From an uncultured delta proteobacterium (GTDB lineage: Bacteria > Desulfobacterota > Desulfomonilia > UBA1062), in contig CAVVYZ010000020.1 in NCBI GenBank assembly GCA_963752595.1, positions 96,001-160,000 on the forward strand: DNA of 64,000 nucleotides, given 5' to 3'. Positions within the stretch are counted from its first letter, which is position 1. Each line of letters begins with the position of its first letter. The position numbers were made by a program, and so were the translations under genes. Below the pieces are notes generated by a model. It was not told the origin of the DNA and ran no database searches. It saw nothing but the letters and a program-made list of their open reading frames with translations. Below, piece by piece: positions 20,957 to 29,882 of this stretch.

Positions 20957-21730
20957 GCAGTCAAACTTGACCATGATGTGGTTTGGAAGATCAGACTCCT
21001 TTCTTCCGACCATCGCGTAATAGAACAACGGACGTCCATCAATGGAGATGCGGTGTCTGTATCGTTCCAAATGATGAACCTCCAACACATCGCTTAGTAG
21101 CATCCACTTGACCAAGCTGGAAAAGCCAGAAGTATCGCTCTCAAGCAGGAATGATTCCTTGATATTGAAGGCAACCCATCCTGCCGGCGCAATCAAATTA
21201 AATGCATTGGCAAAGGCCTTTGCTGGAATATCACCAAAACCGAGTGCTGCGACACAAGAAAGACAATTAATCTGCCACGCGACTAGTTCTTGCTGCATGG
21301 CAACGTCCAGATCACAAAAGTCGCAGACATAATACGCATCGTATATACCCGGCCTGTCACGCTCGCAGGCGATATACGCTTCTTTGCAGATGTCAGCGCC
21401 AATAACGCGGGCTACGCCCACAGTTTGCAGTTGCTCTCCAAACATACCGTTTCCGGCTCCGAGATCGAGCACGCGCAACTCTGTCATTTCAGCATTGTTA
21501 TCTCTCATAACCTTGCTCAAGATATCGCCGACTTTTTTGGGAGAACTACACTTGAGGCGCTGATAAAAAAGCTGCTCGTATAAATCGGAACGCTTGTAAA
21601 TTTCGCCATATTCATGAAAGCGGAGCCTAATTTCCTGTCCGTTTTCGGTGAGGTAGAAAAATGCCTCATCTTGGTCGAGCTGATGAGGTTCCGTAACAGG
21701 GAGCTTGATGTTATATTGCTGATGCTTCAT
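20951..21730 (-). CDS. Class I SAM-dependent methyltransferase (cassette)
   Basis: LRVLDLGAGNGMFGE motif; stop codon in attC. Confidence 0.85.
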   Translation of the reverse strand: MKHQQYNIKLPVTEPHQLDQDEAFFYLTENGQEIRLRFHEYGEIYKRSDLYEQLFYQRLKCSSPKKVGDILSKVMRDNNAEMTELRVLDLGAGNGMFGEQLQTVGVARVIGADICKEAYIACERDRPGIYDAYYVCDFCDLDVAMQQELVAWQINCLSCVAALGFGDIPAKAFANAFNLIAPAGWVAFNIKESFLLESDTSGFSSLVKWMLLSDVLEVHHLERYRHRISIDGRPLFYYAMVGRKESDLPNHIMVKFDCA

Positions 21731-21750
21731 ATTACCTCCATTGAAAAGAA

Positions 21751-21809
21751 GCCTAACGACATGGGTCAGCGGCGCGCGACAGCGCGTCCGCTGGAGCCGA
21801 TTGTTCGGT
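21751..21809 (-). repeat. attC site
   Basis: GCCTAAC...GTTCGGT, 59 bp. Confidence 0.92.
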
Positions 21810-21818
21810 TCAGGTCAT

Positions 21819-22879
21819 TCATCTTTTCATATTCTTCTTTGCTGTCTTAATGAAGCGTCCGAATGCCCTGTCCTTTTTACGTTTGTCCAAGTACGACATC
21901 TCATAGTGCTCTGACTCTTTCCTGAGTTTCAAATAACTGGAATAGCGCTCTTCACTCAACTCGCCGTTTGTAATTGCAGTAAGAACTGCGCAGTCTGATT
22001 CCTGAGTATGGCTGCAATCGGCATAGCGACAAGCCATGGAAAGCTCAATAATATCTTCAAACCCTTTGTTTACCCCTTCACTGGCGCCCAGAAGGCCTAA
22101 TTCTCTCATTCCAGGTGTATCAATGAACATAACGCCTTTATCAAGAACAATGAGTTGCCGACGCGCTGTTGTGTGTGTGCCTTCTCCTGTTCCACTGACA
22201 GCTTTAGTATCAAGATCATCCCGTCCAATCAGATGATTGATCAGTGTAGTCTTGCCGACTCCGGATGACCCAAGCAGGCAATATGTTCGACCCGGTATTA
22301 ATACCTGGTGGAATTCGTCAAATCCGGAGCCGGTTATGTTACTGAGTGCAATAACCCTGGTCGTGATGCCGGCCTGTCTGATAGCCGCAAGCTTCTGTTG
22401 CAGCTCATCGTGGGAGATCAAGTCCGTTTTGGCAAGAATGACAATCGGCTCAACATGTCCGTCGGCTGCCATTACTAAATACCGATTCAGTCTCGGTAGA
22501 TTAAAGTCAAAGTGACATGACTGGACAATGAAAGCGATATCAATGTTGGCTGCAATCATCTGGTAGTCCACTTCTACGCCGGCACGCTTTCGGCGTAAAA
22601 ACGTCCTTCGTGGAAAGACCCCATGGATGATTGCCAGGTGTCATCATTGTGATACTGCACGGTGACCCAATCGCCGACACATGGCAGCTCGACCGATGAC
22701 TCAACATGGAAATAGAACTTCCCCGCAAGTTCAGCAGGAATCTCTCTGAGTTCATTCCTGATAATGTAGGAATTGCGATCAACTGCCGACACGCGTGCAA
22801 TGCCTTGATCCTCGTGGCGGATGTCATCGACATGTGCTTCAAACCAGTGGTCAAAACCTAGATCACTCAATTTCATCAT
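21819..22879 (-). CDS. rsgA: RsgA-family GTPase (cassette; frameshift near 22580-22640)
   Basis: OB-fold PCVGDWV, AANID, LLGSSGVGKTTL, HTT, IDTPGMRE, CRYADCSH..E..C Zn finger. Confidence 0.88.
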
Positions 22880-22887
22880 AACTTGTC

Positions 22888-22944
22888 ACCGAACGTGCGG
22901 ATCACCGGCGGCTGAAAGCCGTCCGGTGGATGCCATTGTTGGGC
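22888..22944 (-). repeat. attC site
   Basis: ACCGAAC...GTTGGGC, 57 bp. Confidence 0.92.
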
Positions 22945-23244
22945 TTATTCGATAACTGGTATCCCACGATAACTATGCCAGATTCTTAGGACTTGGATTG
23001 TTTTAAGTGAGTTATCTATAAAGTAGATGATTCGATAAGGCTTTAGAATTGCTTCTCGAATTGAATCTTCACCTTTTTCAGGCACAACTCGATTTGAGAA
23101 GGGAAATTCAGATGCAAGTTCAATATGGTAGATAATCCGATCAGCAAGTTTTGCAGCTGCATCAGGATTATCAAGAGCGATGTACTGAACTATTTCTTTT
23201 AAATCCTCGTATGCAGATTCAGCCCATTTTATTGTGAAAGCCAT
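22945..23244 (-). CDS. RelE/ParE-family toxin (cassette)
   Basis: WAESAYEDLKEIVQYIALDNPDAA...PYRIIY...LRIWH. Confidence 0.9.
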   Translation of the reverse strand: MAFTIKWAESAYEDLKEIVQYIALDNPDAAAKLADRIIYHIELASEFPFSNRVVPEKGEDSIREAILKPYRIIYFIDNSLKTIQVLRIWHSYRGIPVIE

Positions 23245-23414
23245 TTTTTAAGACTTTCTTTTACCTCTTTATGTGGAACGATTTTACCTTCTTTGATGTC
23301 TGCGAGGCCCTTATCAATAGCGGCAAGAAAGTGAATCCGCTCTTCAATATCATTCCAAGTGGCTGAATCTGGGAGTTCCTGAATGGTTTTTATTGCGATT
23401 TCTTTGCTATTCAT
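23229..23414 (-). CDS. Putative antitoxin (cassette)
   Basis: 61 aa, IDKGLADIKEGKIVPHKEV; overlaps toxin start. Confidence 0.8.
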   Translation of the reverse strand: MNSKEIAIKTIQELPDSATWNDIEERIHFLAAIDKGLADIKEGKIVPHKEVKESLKKWLSQ

Positions 23415-23464
23415 ATCACTTATATACTCCTTTGAAACGATTCAGACAAGTTGCATTATCTGAG

Positions 23465-23521
23465 GCCCGACGTGCTGATCACCGGCGGCTGTAAGCCGTC
23501 CGGTGCATTGGCTGGTTGGGT
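23465..23521 (-). repeat. attC site with mutated crossover (GTC instead of GTT)
   Basis: GCCCGAC...GTTGGGT, 57 bp. Confidence 0.85.
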
Positions 23522-23638
23522 TGTGGATGGGTACAGAATTTCGCGCTCTATTTAAACCGGCACAGATTCTTCAACCCTAAAGCAGATTCATGTCCTGCAA
23601 TGAAAAACTTAGCCCAACAACCACTGACAGGCGAGCCT

Positions 23639-24541
23639 TCAACGAAAAAACCTCACCGGAAGATTTCCCCAGCCATCGGCCTTGAGAAACTCCAGCGCCG
23701 CACTCACCACCTCTACCGGCTTTTCTTCGTGTACCAGTAGGCGGGCACCCGGAATCTCCAGCAGACGAGCATCTGGAAACTGCTTGACCATCTTGCGCGC
23801 CAGGTCGACGGGAAACGTCGGATCGTCTGCGCCCCAGATCAGTTGCACCGGCATCGTCAGCCTCATATGCGCTTGCTCCAGCACGTCTACCGGCGCCCAC
23901 TGCGCGCCGAGCAGATAGCGTCGCACGCCCTCCATCCGCTGCGGTGAACGCCGTAGCGGTTCGATAATGTAGTCGTGAAAATCGCCTTCGATCAGGCGGA
24001 TATCGGTAAAGCATCCGCCGAACCCCATGGCCGACTGCAGAAACAGTGGCCAGCGCAGCAACACATTGAACACCGCCAGAATCCCTGGCACGTGCATCAG
24101 GAACTGGTAGAGAGGAATCCAAGGCGGACGATGCCCGGGCATCTCGGTGTTGATGAGAATCAGCTTGTCGATACGCGATACATCCTCAAGCGCGAGGAAG
24201 CGGGCGAAAGTGCCGCCGGTGTCCTGTGCCATTACGCTGTAACGCTCTAGACCCAGGCTATTGACCAGCCGCTTCAGCGTCTGCCCTTGGCCCGGAAAGC
24301 TGAAGTCGGTCGCATCCGTCCACTCACTTTCGCCCATACCGGGGATGTCCGGTACGTAGCATGTGTAGTGCATCGACAGCTCAGGAAGCAGCTTGCGCCA
24401 GGTGAAGCCGGAGAGCGGAAACCCGTGCACCAGTAGCAAAGGTGAACCCTTGCCGTATCGGCGACAGGGGAGCCGTTCGTTGCCTGTGTCCACCGTCTGC
24501 ACCGGCGTGTCAAAGTAGAACCGAGTAGTCGCTTCTGTCAT
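23639..24541 (-). CDS. Alpha/beta hydrolase (epoxide hydrolase/dehalogenase-like; cassette)
   Basis: LLLVHGFP, AQDTGG nucleophile elbow, LIWGADDP, HEEKP. Confidence 0.9.
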   Translation of the reverse strand: MTEATTRFYFDTPVQTVDTGNERLPCRRYGKGSPLLLVHGFPLSGFTWRKLLPELSMHYTCYVPDIPGMGESEWTDATDFSFPGQGQTLKRLVNSLGLERYSVMAQDTGGTFARFLALEDVSRIDKLILINTEMPGHRPPWIPLYQFLMHVPGILAVFNVLLRWPLFLQSAMGFGGCFTDIRLIEGDFHDYIIEPLRRSPQRMEGVRRYLLGAQWAPVDVLEQAHMRLTMPVQLIWGADDPTFPVDLARKMVKQFPDARLLEIPGARLLVHEEKPVEVVSAALEFLKADGWGNLPVRFFR

Positions 24542-24754
24542 AATAATTAATCAGCCACCGATGATTACTGACACAATTGATGCTACCAATGACACGATTT
24601 CCATATGTTCCCCTCTAACTGCCCAACGTGTAGATCAGCGGCGCGGGCGGCAGCCCGCGTCCGTCTGCATGCGTTTGATACTATGTAAGGCCTCCTCGAA
24701 TGGGTGGTATATTTGCTGGACCAACACCAAAAACCAACCAAGGAGGAGGCTTAA

Positions 24755-25798
24755 ATGAGATTCTACACCAAAGAGCACAAATTTTATTGTGGAATCGATC
24801 TGCACACCAAAAAAATGTATGTGTGCATACTGGGAAGCACAGGGGATATCATGGTTCACCGGAACATGAATACAGATGCAGGCGCTTTTCTTGAGCTCAT
24901 TGCTCCCTTTCGCGAGGACATCGTGGTAGCTGCAGAGTGCATGTTCACCTGGTACTGGGTAGCTGATCTGTGCGCCAAAGAGGGAATTCCTTTTATCCTG
25001 GGCCATGCTCTCTATATGAAAGCAATCCATGGCGGAAAGAGCAAAAACGACAAGATCGATTCCCATAAAATTGCTGTGCTCCTTAAGGGCGGCATGCTGC
25101 CCCAGGCATATGTCTATCCGGCGAAGATGCGCTCTACCAGGGATCTCCTCAGGAGGAGAAATCATCTGGTGAGGAAGAGAGCCGAGCTCTTTGCCCATAT
25201 TCAGAACACAAAAAGCCAGTACAACCTGCCGGAACATCTCGGCCGCATTGCCAAGCCGAAGAACAGAGAGGGCGTTGTAGAGCGATTCGACGATAGAAGT
25301 GTGAGGAAGAACATGGAAGTGGACCTTGCCATGATCGAAGCCTATGACCGCATCATCCTCCCGCTAGAGCGGGAGATTATAAAGATCGCCAATGGACATG
25401 ATCTCCTTTCCTATACTCTTCTGCAAACCATCCCAGGAGTCGGCAGAATCCTCGCTCTTGTAATGCTCTATGAAATAGAGACCATTAATCGATTCGCAAC
25501 TGTCCAGGACTTTGCCTCATATGCCCGTCTGGTTAAATGTAAAAAAGAATCCAACGGTAAAACCTATGGAACCAGCGGAAAGAAGATCGGCAATGCTCAC
25601 TTAAAGTGGGCTTTCAGTGAAGCATCGGTACTCTTCATCAAGGGCAATGAACCAGCGAAGAAATACCTCGACCGGCTTACCCAGAAACACGGGAAAGGAA
25701 AAGCACTCTCGATCCTTGCCCACAAGCTCGGAAGAGCTGCCTATTACCTGCTGAAAAACAAAGTGGCTTTCGATACTGAGAAGTTCTTGAGCCACTAA
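24755..25798 (+). CDS. IS110-family transposase/recombinase
   Basis: RuvC-like DEDD (GIDLH, AAEC, KNDKIDS), TIPGVG, ESNGK serine loop, GNAHLKWAF. Confidence 0.96.
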   Translation: MRFYTKEHKFYCGIDLHTKKMYVCILGSTGDIMVHRNMNTDAGAFLELIAPFREDIVVAAECMFTWYWVADLCAKEGIPFILGHALYMKAIHGGKSKNDKIDSHKIAVLLKGGMLPQAYVYPAKMRSTRDLLRRRNHLVRKRAELFAHIQNTKSQYNLPEHLGRIAKPKNREGVVERFDDRSVRKNMEVDLAMIEAYDRIILPLEREIIKIANGHDLLSYTLLQTIPGVGRILALVMLYEIETINRFATVQDFASYARLVKCKKESNGKTYGTSGKKIGNAHLKWAFSEASVLFIKGNEPAKKYLDRLTQKHGKGKALSILAHKLGRAAYYLLKNKVAFDTEKFLSH

Positions 25799-25804
25799 AG
25801 AATT

Positions 25805-26345
25805 GGAGGAGACGGATCAGTCCGACGCCTAACTGGAGCCATATGGGGATGGAGCACGCATTCACCTCGATCAGAAAGGGAATAGAATATCCTTGCATGA
25901 TAAGAGTGCTTGAAAAAGGATGTGCCCGATTGGTACCCCGCAGCCTGTTGCGCTTGATTGGAGATCCGTCTCGCTCCTTCGATACATGCTCTTGTTGGTC
26001 AGGTTCTGCCCCTTACCCGAACCCGCGCCTAACTGGGAAGAACAGCACCCCGGCGTTTGACTGGGACGGCACGAGGGAGAACGGCATTGTTTCTAGGTCG
26101 CATTCTTCTAAGAAGAGAGGGCAACCACTCGCTTGCATCTCTCTTCGGGAAGAATGATGAAGAGAACCTCAATAAGTGTTTGGTGCAGGATTTGATTTCG
26201 CTTGCACCCGTTGATGAAACCAAAGCCAGAGCAGCCAACATCGAGCAATATGGTTGAACGGAAAAAAGAATCGTCTTACCGTTCAAGAGTGTCTTGCCAA
26301 TAGACACACAATGCAGACGAAAAAGAAGAACAACTTTTTCGTCTT
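25805..26345 (+). ncRNA. Predicted bridge/seek RNA with three guide loops (copy 1)
   Basis: Nested stems enclose pairs of 9-nt segments that match the attC target (two loops) or the IS junction (one loop); see findings. Confidence 0.75.
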
Positions 26346-26405
26346 GGGGTAGTTTTATCTATTGACAAGAGGAGGCCTTATAAGTGTTCGCCTGCTTTTC
26401 ACCGG

Positions 26406-26669
26406 CTATTCGTAATGTGTCCACATGCGGATGACTTTCACTGTTTTGATGTCATCAAGTATTTGGTAAACCAGCCGGTGTTGGATGTTCATTCTTCTGG
26501 AGCATGCTCCAGATAGATCTCCTAGAAGTTTTTCATATGGCGGGGGAGTCTGATAGGGATCTTCTTTGAGGATTTCGAGCAGATGCTCTGCCTGAGGTTT
26601 TAAACCGGAATGTGCGATCTTCTTGGCGTCTTTCTTTGCCTGCTTGGTAAAGGCTACCCTCCAAGTCAC
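26406..26669 (-). CDS. yoeB: Txe/YoeB toxin (cassette)
   Basis: PPYEKLLGDLSGACSRRMNIQHRLVY...RMWTHYE. Confidence 0.93.
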   Translation of the reverse strand: MTWRVAFTKQAKKDAKKIAHSGLKPQAEHLLEILKEDPYQTPPPYEKLLGDLSGACSRRMNIQHRLVYQILDDIKTVKVIRMWTHYE

Positions 26670-26908
26670 CAGTCAACATCCTCATCGCACTCCTCTACGG
26701 GAGTTCCAAGCCCTTCCCGGATAGATTCACGCATGCCAGGTATTGATGTGAGGTACAAAGTTTCCTGGATTGCTCGCCAATCATCTTCAGAAATAAGAAC
26801 TGCCGAGCTCCTTTTCCCAACGATCTGAATCGGCTCATGGGATTCTTTCACCTCATCCACAAGGCTATATAAACGCTTTCTTGCTTCCGTTGCTGTTAGG
26901 GTAGGCAT
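26666..26908 (-). CDS. yefM: Phd/YefM antitoxin (cassette)
   Basis: TATEARKRLYSLVDEV...AVLISEDDWRAIQETLYL. Confidence 0.93.
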   Translation of the reverse strand: MPTLTATEARKRLYSLVDEVKESHEPIQIVGKRSSAVLISEDDWRAIQETLYLTSIPGMRESIREGLGTPVEECDEDVDW

Positions 26909-26926
26909 ATTATTAAATCTCCTTTA

Positions 26927-26965
26927 CGTACGATATATCGTACGCCATAAGGCAATCAATGTCAA
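26927..26965 (-). promoter_or_regulatory. yefM-yoeB promoter with overlapping palindromic operator
   Basis: Minus strand TTGACA-17-TACGAT; perfect 18-bp palindrome CGTACGATATATCGTACG at 26927-26944. Confidence 0.8.
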
Positions 26966-26975
26966 GTCATTTGAA

Positions 26976-27020
26976 GGCGAACGTAGGCATCAGCGGCGGC
27001 TGAAAGCCGTCCGCTGGATG
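26976..27020 (-). repeat. attC site truncated by IS4-family element
   Basis: GGCGAAC...CAGCGGCGGCTGAAAGCCGTCCGCTGGATG, then IS sequence; R'' GTT box missing. Confidence 0.85.
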
Positions 27021-28304
27021 CATTGGGCTTTATAACTTGTCAATATAACATTCAAAGAATGGCCGTTCTCGATACATTTGTTCAAATTTTCTTGGTTCAC
27101 CACGAACCGCGGGTACAGTAGTTGGTCTCACTTTGTATCGATGCTGTTCTGCCGGTTGGCGCAGGCAAAGAGTATCCGGGAGATTTGCGATGGGCTTGCC
27201 TGTTGCGTGGGAAAACTCAAACATCCGGGGCTTCAGGAATCTCCGAAGAAGTCGACGCTCTCCTATGCGAATGCCCACAGGCCCTGGGAGATGTACCGTG
27301 ATCTTTTCTATCTTCTGCTGGAAAGATACCGTGGAAGCATGAAAGGCAAGAAGAGGAAATTCCGTTTCAAGAACAAGCTGCTTTCTTTGGACAGCACGAC
27401 CATATCCCTGTGCTTGTCCATATTCCCCTGGGCAGAGTTCAGGAGGACAAAAGGTGCGGTCAAGCTGCATCTTCTGCTGGATCATGACGGATATCTTCCC
27501 ACCTATGCCTATATCTCAAACGGGAAAAAGCACGATGTCACCATTGCCAGAAAGGTTCCTCTTACACCGGTCTCCATCGTCACCATGGACAAGGGGTATA
27601 ATGATTACCGCCTGTTTGCTTCCTGGACTGAATCCGGGATCTATTTCGTCACCAGGATGAAAGACAATGCCGTCTACAATGTGGTGGAGGAACGCAGTGT
27701 TCCTCGGCATAAGAATATCCTCTCAGACCAGCTCATCATCTTCACGGGAACAGGAGCCGAAGAGAAATGTCCCCATGTCCTGCGCCGGGTGGTTGTATGG
27801 GACGAAGAAAACCAAAGACAGATTATCCTGCTGACCAACCACTTCTCTTTTTCTGCACGTACCATATCCGCCATCTACAAGGACCGTTGGGAAATCGAGA
27901 TCTTCTTCAAGACGCTCAAGCAGAACCTCAAAGTGAAAACCTTTGTCGGCACCAGCGAAAACGCCCTGTATATCCGGATTTGGACAGCACTTATCGCCAT
28001 GCTCATGATCAAGTACCTGCAGCACATCTCCAGATTATCCTGGTCCCTTTCCAACCTCGTCACCTTGCTTCGCCGGAATCTCTTTACTTACCGTGATCTG
28101 CATGCCTGGCTCGATAACCCCTTTGAAACACCACCGGCTGAACCCGAGTTTGTCCAAGAAGTGCTGCCTTTCCCCGGTCTTGGACAGCATGTGTGCAATG
28201 TAGATAAAATGAGAACCGGGTCATGAAAAATCGCTTGTCCCAAACCTAACGCATTGATTTGTTTTGACCTGAATCAGAAATCAGGATTATTTTGGACAGC
28301 AGTG
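27021..28304 (+). mobile_element. IS4-family element, internally deleted
   Basis: Ends CATTG... and ...GGACAGCAGTG; no target duplication seen; left boundary somewhat uncertain. Confidence 0.75.
27078..28226 (+). pseudogene. IS4-family (DUF4372-type) DDE transposase, N-terminus apparently missing
   Basis: SWSHFVSMLF, LDSTTISL, MDKGY, YKDRWEIEIFFKTLKQ (YREK motif). Confidence 0.85.
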
Positions 28305-28324
28305 GAATTGCATATTAAATTAAT

Positions 28325-28384
28325 GCCCAACGGCGGGCATCACCGGCGCGCGTCAGCGCGTCCGTGTGCATGCCATGGTTGGAT
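28325..28384 (-). repeat. attC site
   Basis: GCCCAAC...GTTGGAT, 60 bp. Confidence 0.92.
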
Positions 28385-28388
28385 GCCT

Positions 28389-28703
28389 TTAGAAACCAGT
28401 AAATAAGAAATCAAGAGCTGAAATGATTACATGACGCTGATCTTTAAGGGTCCCGACCTTTTCGCCTAAAACACGGACAGAAACACCTGCCATCTCAGCT
28501 GTGGACATGTATACAATCTTTCGTTTAATTTTAAACTGTGGATTGAGATGGTCTATTGGTCTTCCTAAGGCTGATGCGCTTATAAGGGGCGCAACAACTC
28601 GTGTTGCCAGAGAACTAAGGAGATCGGCTTGAAGATCGACAAGGTAGGGAATATCTTTTTTTGTACGCTCATTTAAATTTTCATACACATCAAATTGTGC
28701 CAT
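28389..28703 (-). CDS. ccdB: CcdB toxin (cassette)
   Basis: MAQFDVYEN...PYLVDLQADLLSSLATRVVAPL...ALDFLFTGF. Confidence 0.93.
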   Translation of the reverse strand: MAQFDVYENLNERTKKDIPYLVDLQADLLSSLATRVVAPLISASALGRPIDHLNPQFKIKRKIVYMSTAEMAGVSVRVLGEKVGTLKDQRHVIISALDFLFTGF

Positions 28704-28951
28704 TAAAAGTTCCTCAATTCATCACTGAATACTCCTGAGACTTCAATTCGCTGATTATAGGCTTCAATAGCCTCTTTATTATTTTCTCTCCATTTGCAAC
28801 GCTTTTCCTCCAGGAGCATTTCTATAAGGCGCTGCTCCAATGCCCTTGATAAATTGATGCTGTTTTTCTTCGCTTGCTGGAGGAGATCGCTATTGATACT
28901 CAGGTTAGTGGATTTTTTAGGTGCTTTGGGATTAAAGATGTTGATTTGCAT
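28703..28951 (-). CDS. ccdA: CcdA antitoxin (cassette)
   Basis: KKSTNLSINSDLL...INLSRALE...WRENNKEAIEAYN...FSDELRNF. Confidence 0.93.
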   Translation of the reverse strand: MQINIFNPKAPKKSTNLSINSDLLQQAKKNSINLSRALEQRLIEMLLEEKRCKWRENNKEAIEAYNQRIEVSGVFSDELRNF

Positions 28952-28962
28952 GCTTGCCTCCT

Positions 28963-29000
28963 TATGCGCATATAATAGCCACATTAATGCGCATTATCAA
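28963..29000 (-). promoter_or_regulatory. ccdAB promoter with two ATGCGCAT palindromes
   Basis: Minus strand TTGATA-17-TATTAT; palindromes TATGCGCATA (28963-28972) and TAATGCGCATTA (28985-28996). Confidence 0.72.
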
Positions 29001-29029
29001 GCGATTCTTTAGTAATGATATTTGTGATC

Positions 29030-29089
29030 ATCCAACGCCTGAATTAAGCCGCGCCGCGAAGCGGCGTCGGCTTGAATGAGTTGTTAGGC
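29030..29089 (-). repeat. attC site of aadA/aadB-like type
   Basis: Minus strand GCCTAACAACTCATTCAAGCCGACGCCGCTTCGCGGCGCGGCTTAATTCAGGCGTTGGAT, 60 bp. Confidence 0.95.
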
Positions 29090-29135
29090 ATGATTGGATT
29101 TTCCCCACTTTCTGAGTCGCCCGGTAATCCCCTCA

Positions 29136-29882
29136 TCACCGCGTCATCAGCGCGAACACGCCCCAGCCCAGGTATTCACGCGTGTAAGCGGCGTAGCGCT
29201 CGGGTTCCGAGGTTAGTTTGGCTCGAACATCTTTCGCGAACTCGTCGTCGGGATTGGCTTCAAGCCATCGGCGCATGGTGAGCCATTTGGCCGCCTCGTA
29301 TCTGTCCCAGCCGTCTTGGTCAGCCAGAACCATTTCAACGACGTCGTAGCCGAGGTGGCCGAAAGACGCGAGAAGTTCTGGAAGCATGAGAAAGTCGGAG
29401 ATTGAGTCGGCAAGACACCCCTTGGCAACATCTTCCGTCGGCGGTAACTGCCGCCAGTAGGGCTCGCCGATGAGGATGATCCCTCCGGGGCGGAGGCTCT
29501 GCGCCAGAAGTTCGATAGTTCCGCTGACGCCCCCGCCGATCCACGTGGCGCCGAGACAGGCTGCCACACCGGCCTTCTCGTCAGAGACGAAGCCGGCAGC
29601 ATCGCCATGGATGAACTTGACTTGATCGGCGACACCGAGTTCTTCAGCGCGGAGTTTCGCTTGCTCGGTGAACAACTGGCTCATGTCGATGCCGGTGCCG
29701 ATGACTCCGTAATCGCGTGCCCAGGTGCACAGCATCTCCCCCGAACCGCTGCCGAGGTCGAGCACTCGGGTCCCCCTTTCCAGACGCAGCGCCGCGCCGA
29801 GAGTGGCGAGCTTTTCGGGTGTGAACGGGTCATGGATGCGGTGAGCACTTTCGGTGATGTTGAAGATCCGTGGAATATCCAA
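29136..29882 (-). CDS. YjhP-like SAM-dependent methyltransferase (cassette)
   Basis: MDIPRIFNITESAHRIH...VLDLGSGSGEMLCTWARD...YTREYLGWGVFAL, 248 aa. Confidence 0.9.
   Translation of the reverse strand: MDIPRIFNITESAHRIHDPFTPEKLATLGAALRLERGTRVLDLGSGSGEMLCTWARDYGVIGTGIDMSQLFTEQAKLRAEELGVADQVKFIHGDAAGFVSDEKAGVAACLGATWIGGGVSGTIELLAQSLRPGGIILIGEPYWRQLPPTEDVAKGCLADSISDFLMLPELLASFGHLGYDVVEMVLADQDGWDRYEAAKWLTMRRWLEANPDDEFAKDVRAKLTSEPERYAAYTREYLGWGVFALMTR

Larger units (their letters stand above)
24678..26386 (+). mobile_element. IS110-family, IS1111-type attC-targeting element, copy 1 (1709 bp)
   Basis: Subterminal IRs TAAGGCCTCCTC / GAGGAGGCCTTA, TG core at both junctions, long 3' non-coding region. 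Confidence 0.95.
24621..26392 (-). repeat. attC site interrupted by IS1111-type element (halves 24621-24677 and 26387-26392)
   Basis: GCCCAAC...CATGCGTTTG|IS|TTCGCC; removing the IS restores a 63-bp attC. Confidence 0.92.

Noticed and set aside
25843-26307. Short ORFs in the IS1111 3' region (and the copies at 31140-31604)
   Set aside because: No recognisable protein features; the region is better explained as structured ncRNA.
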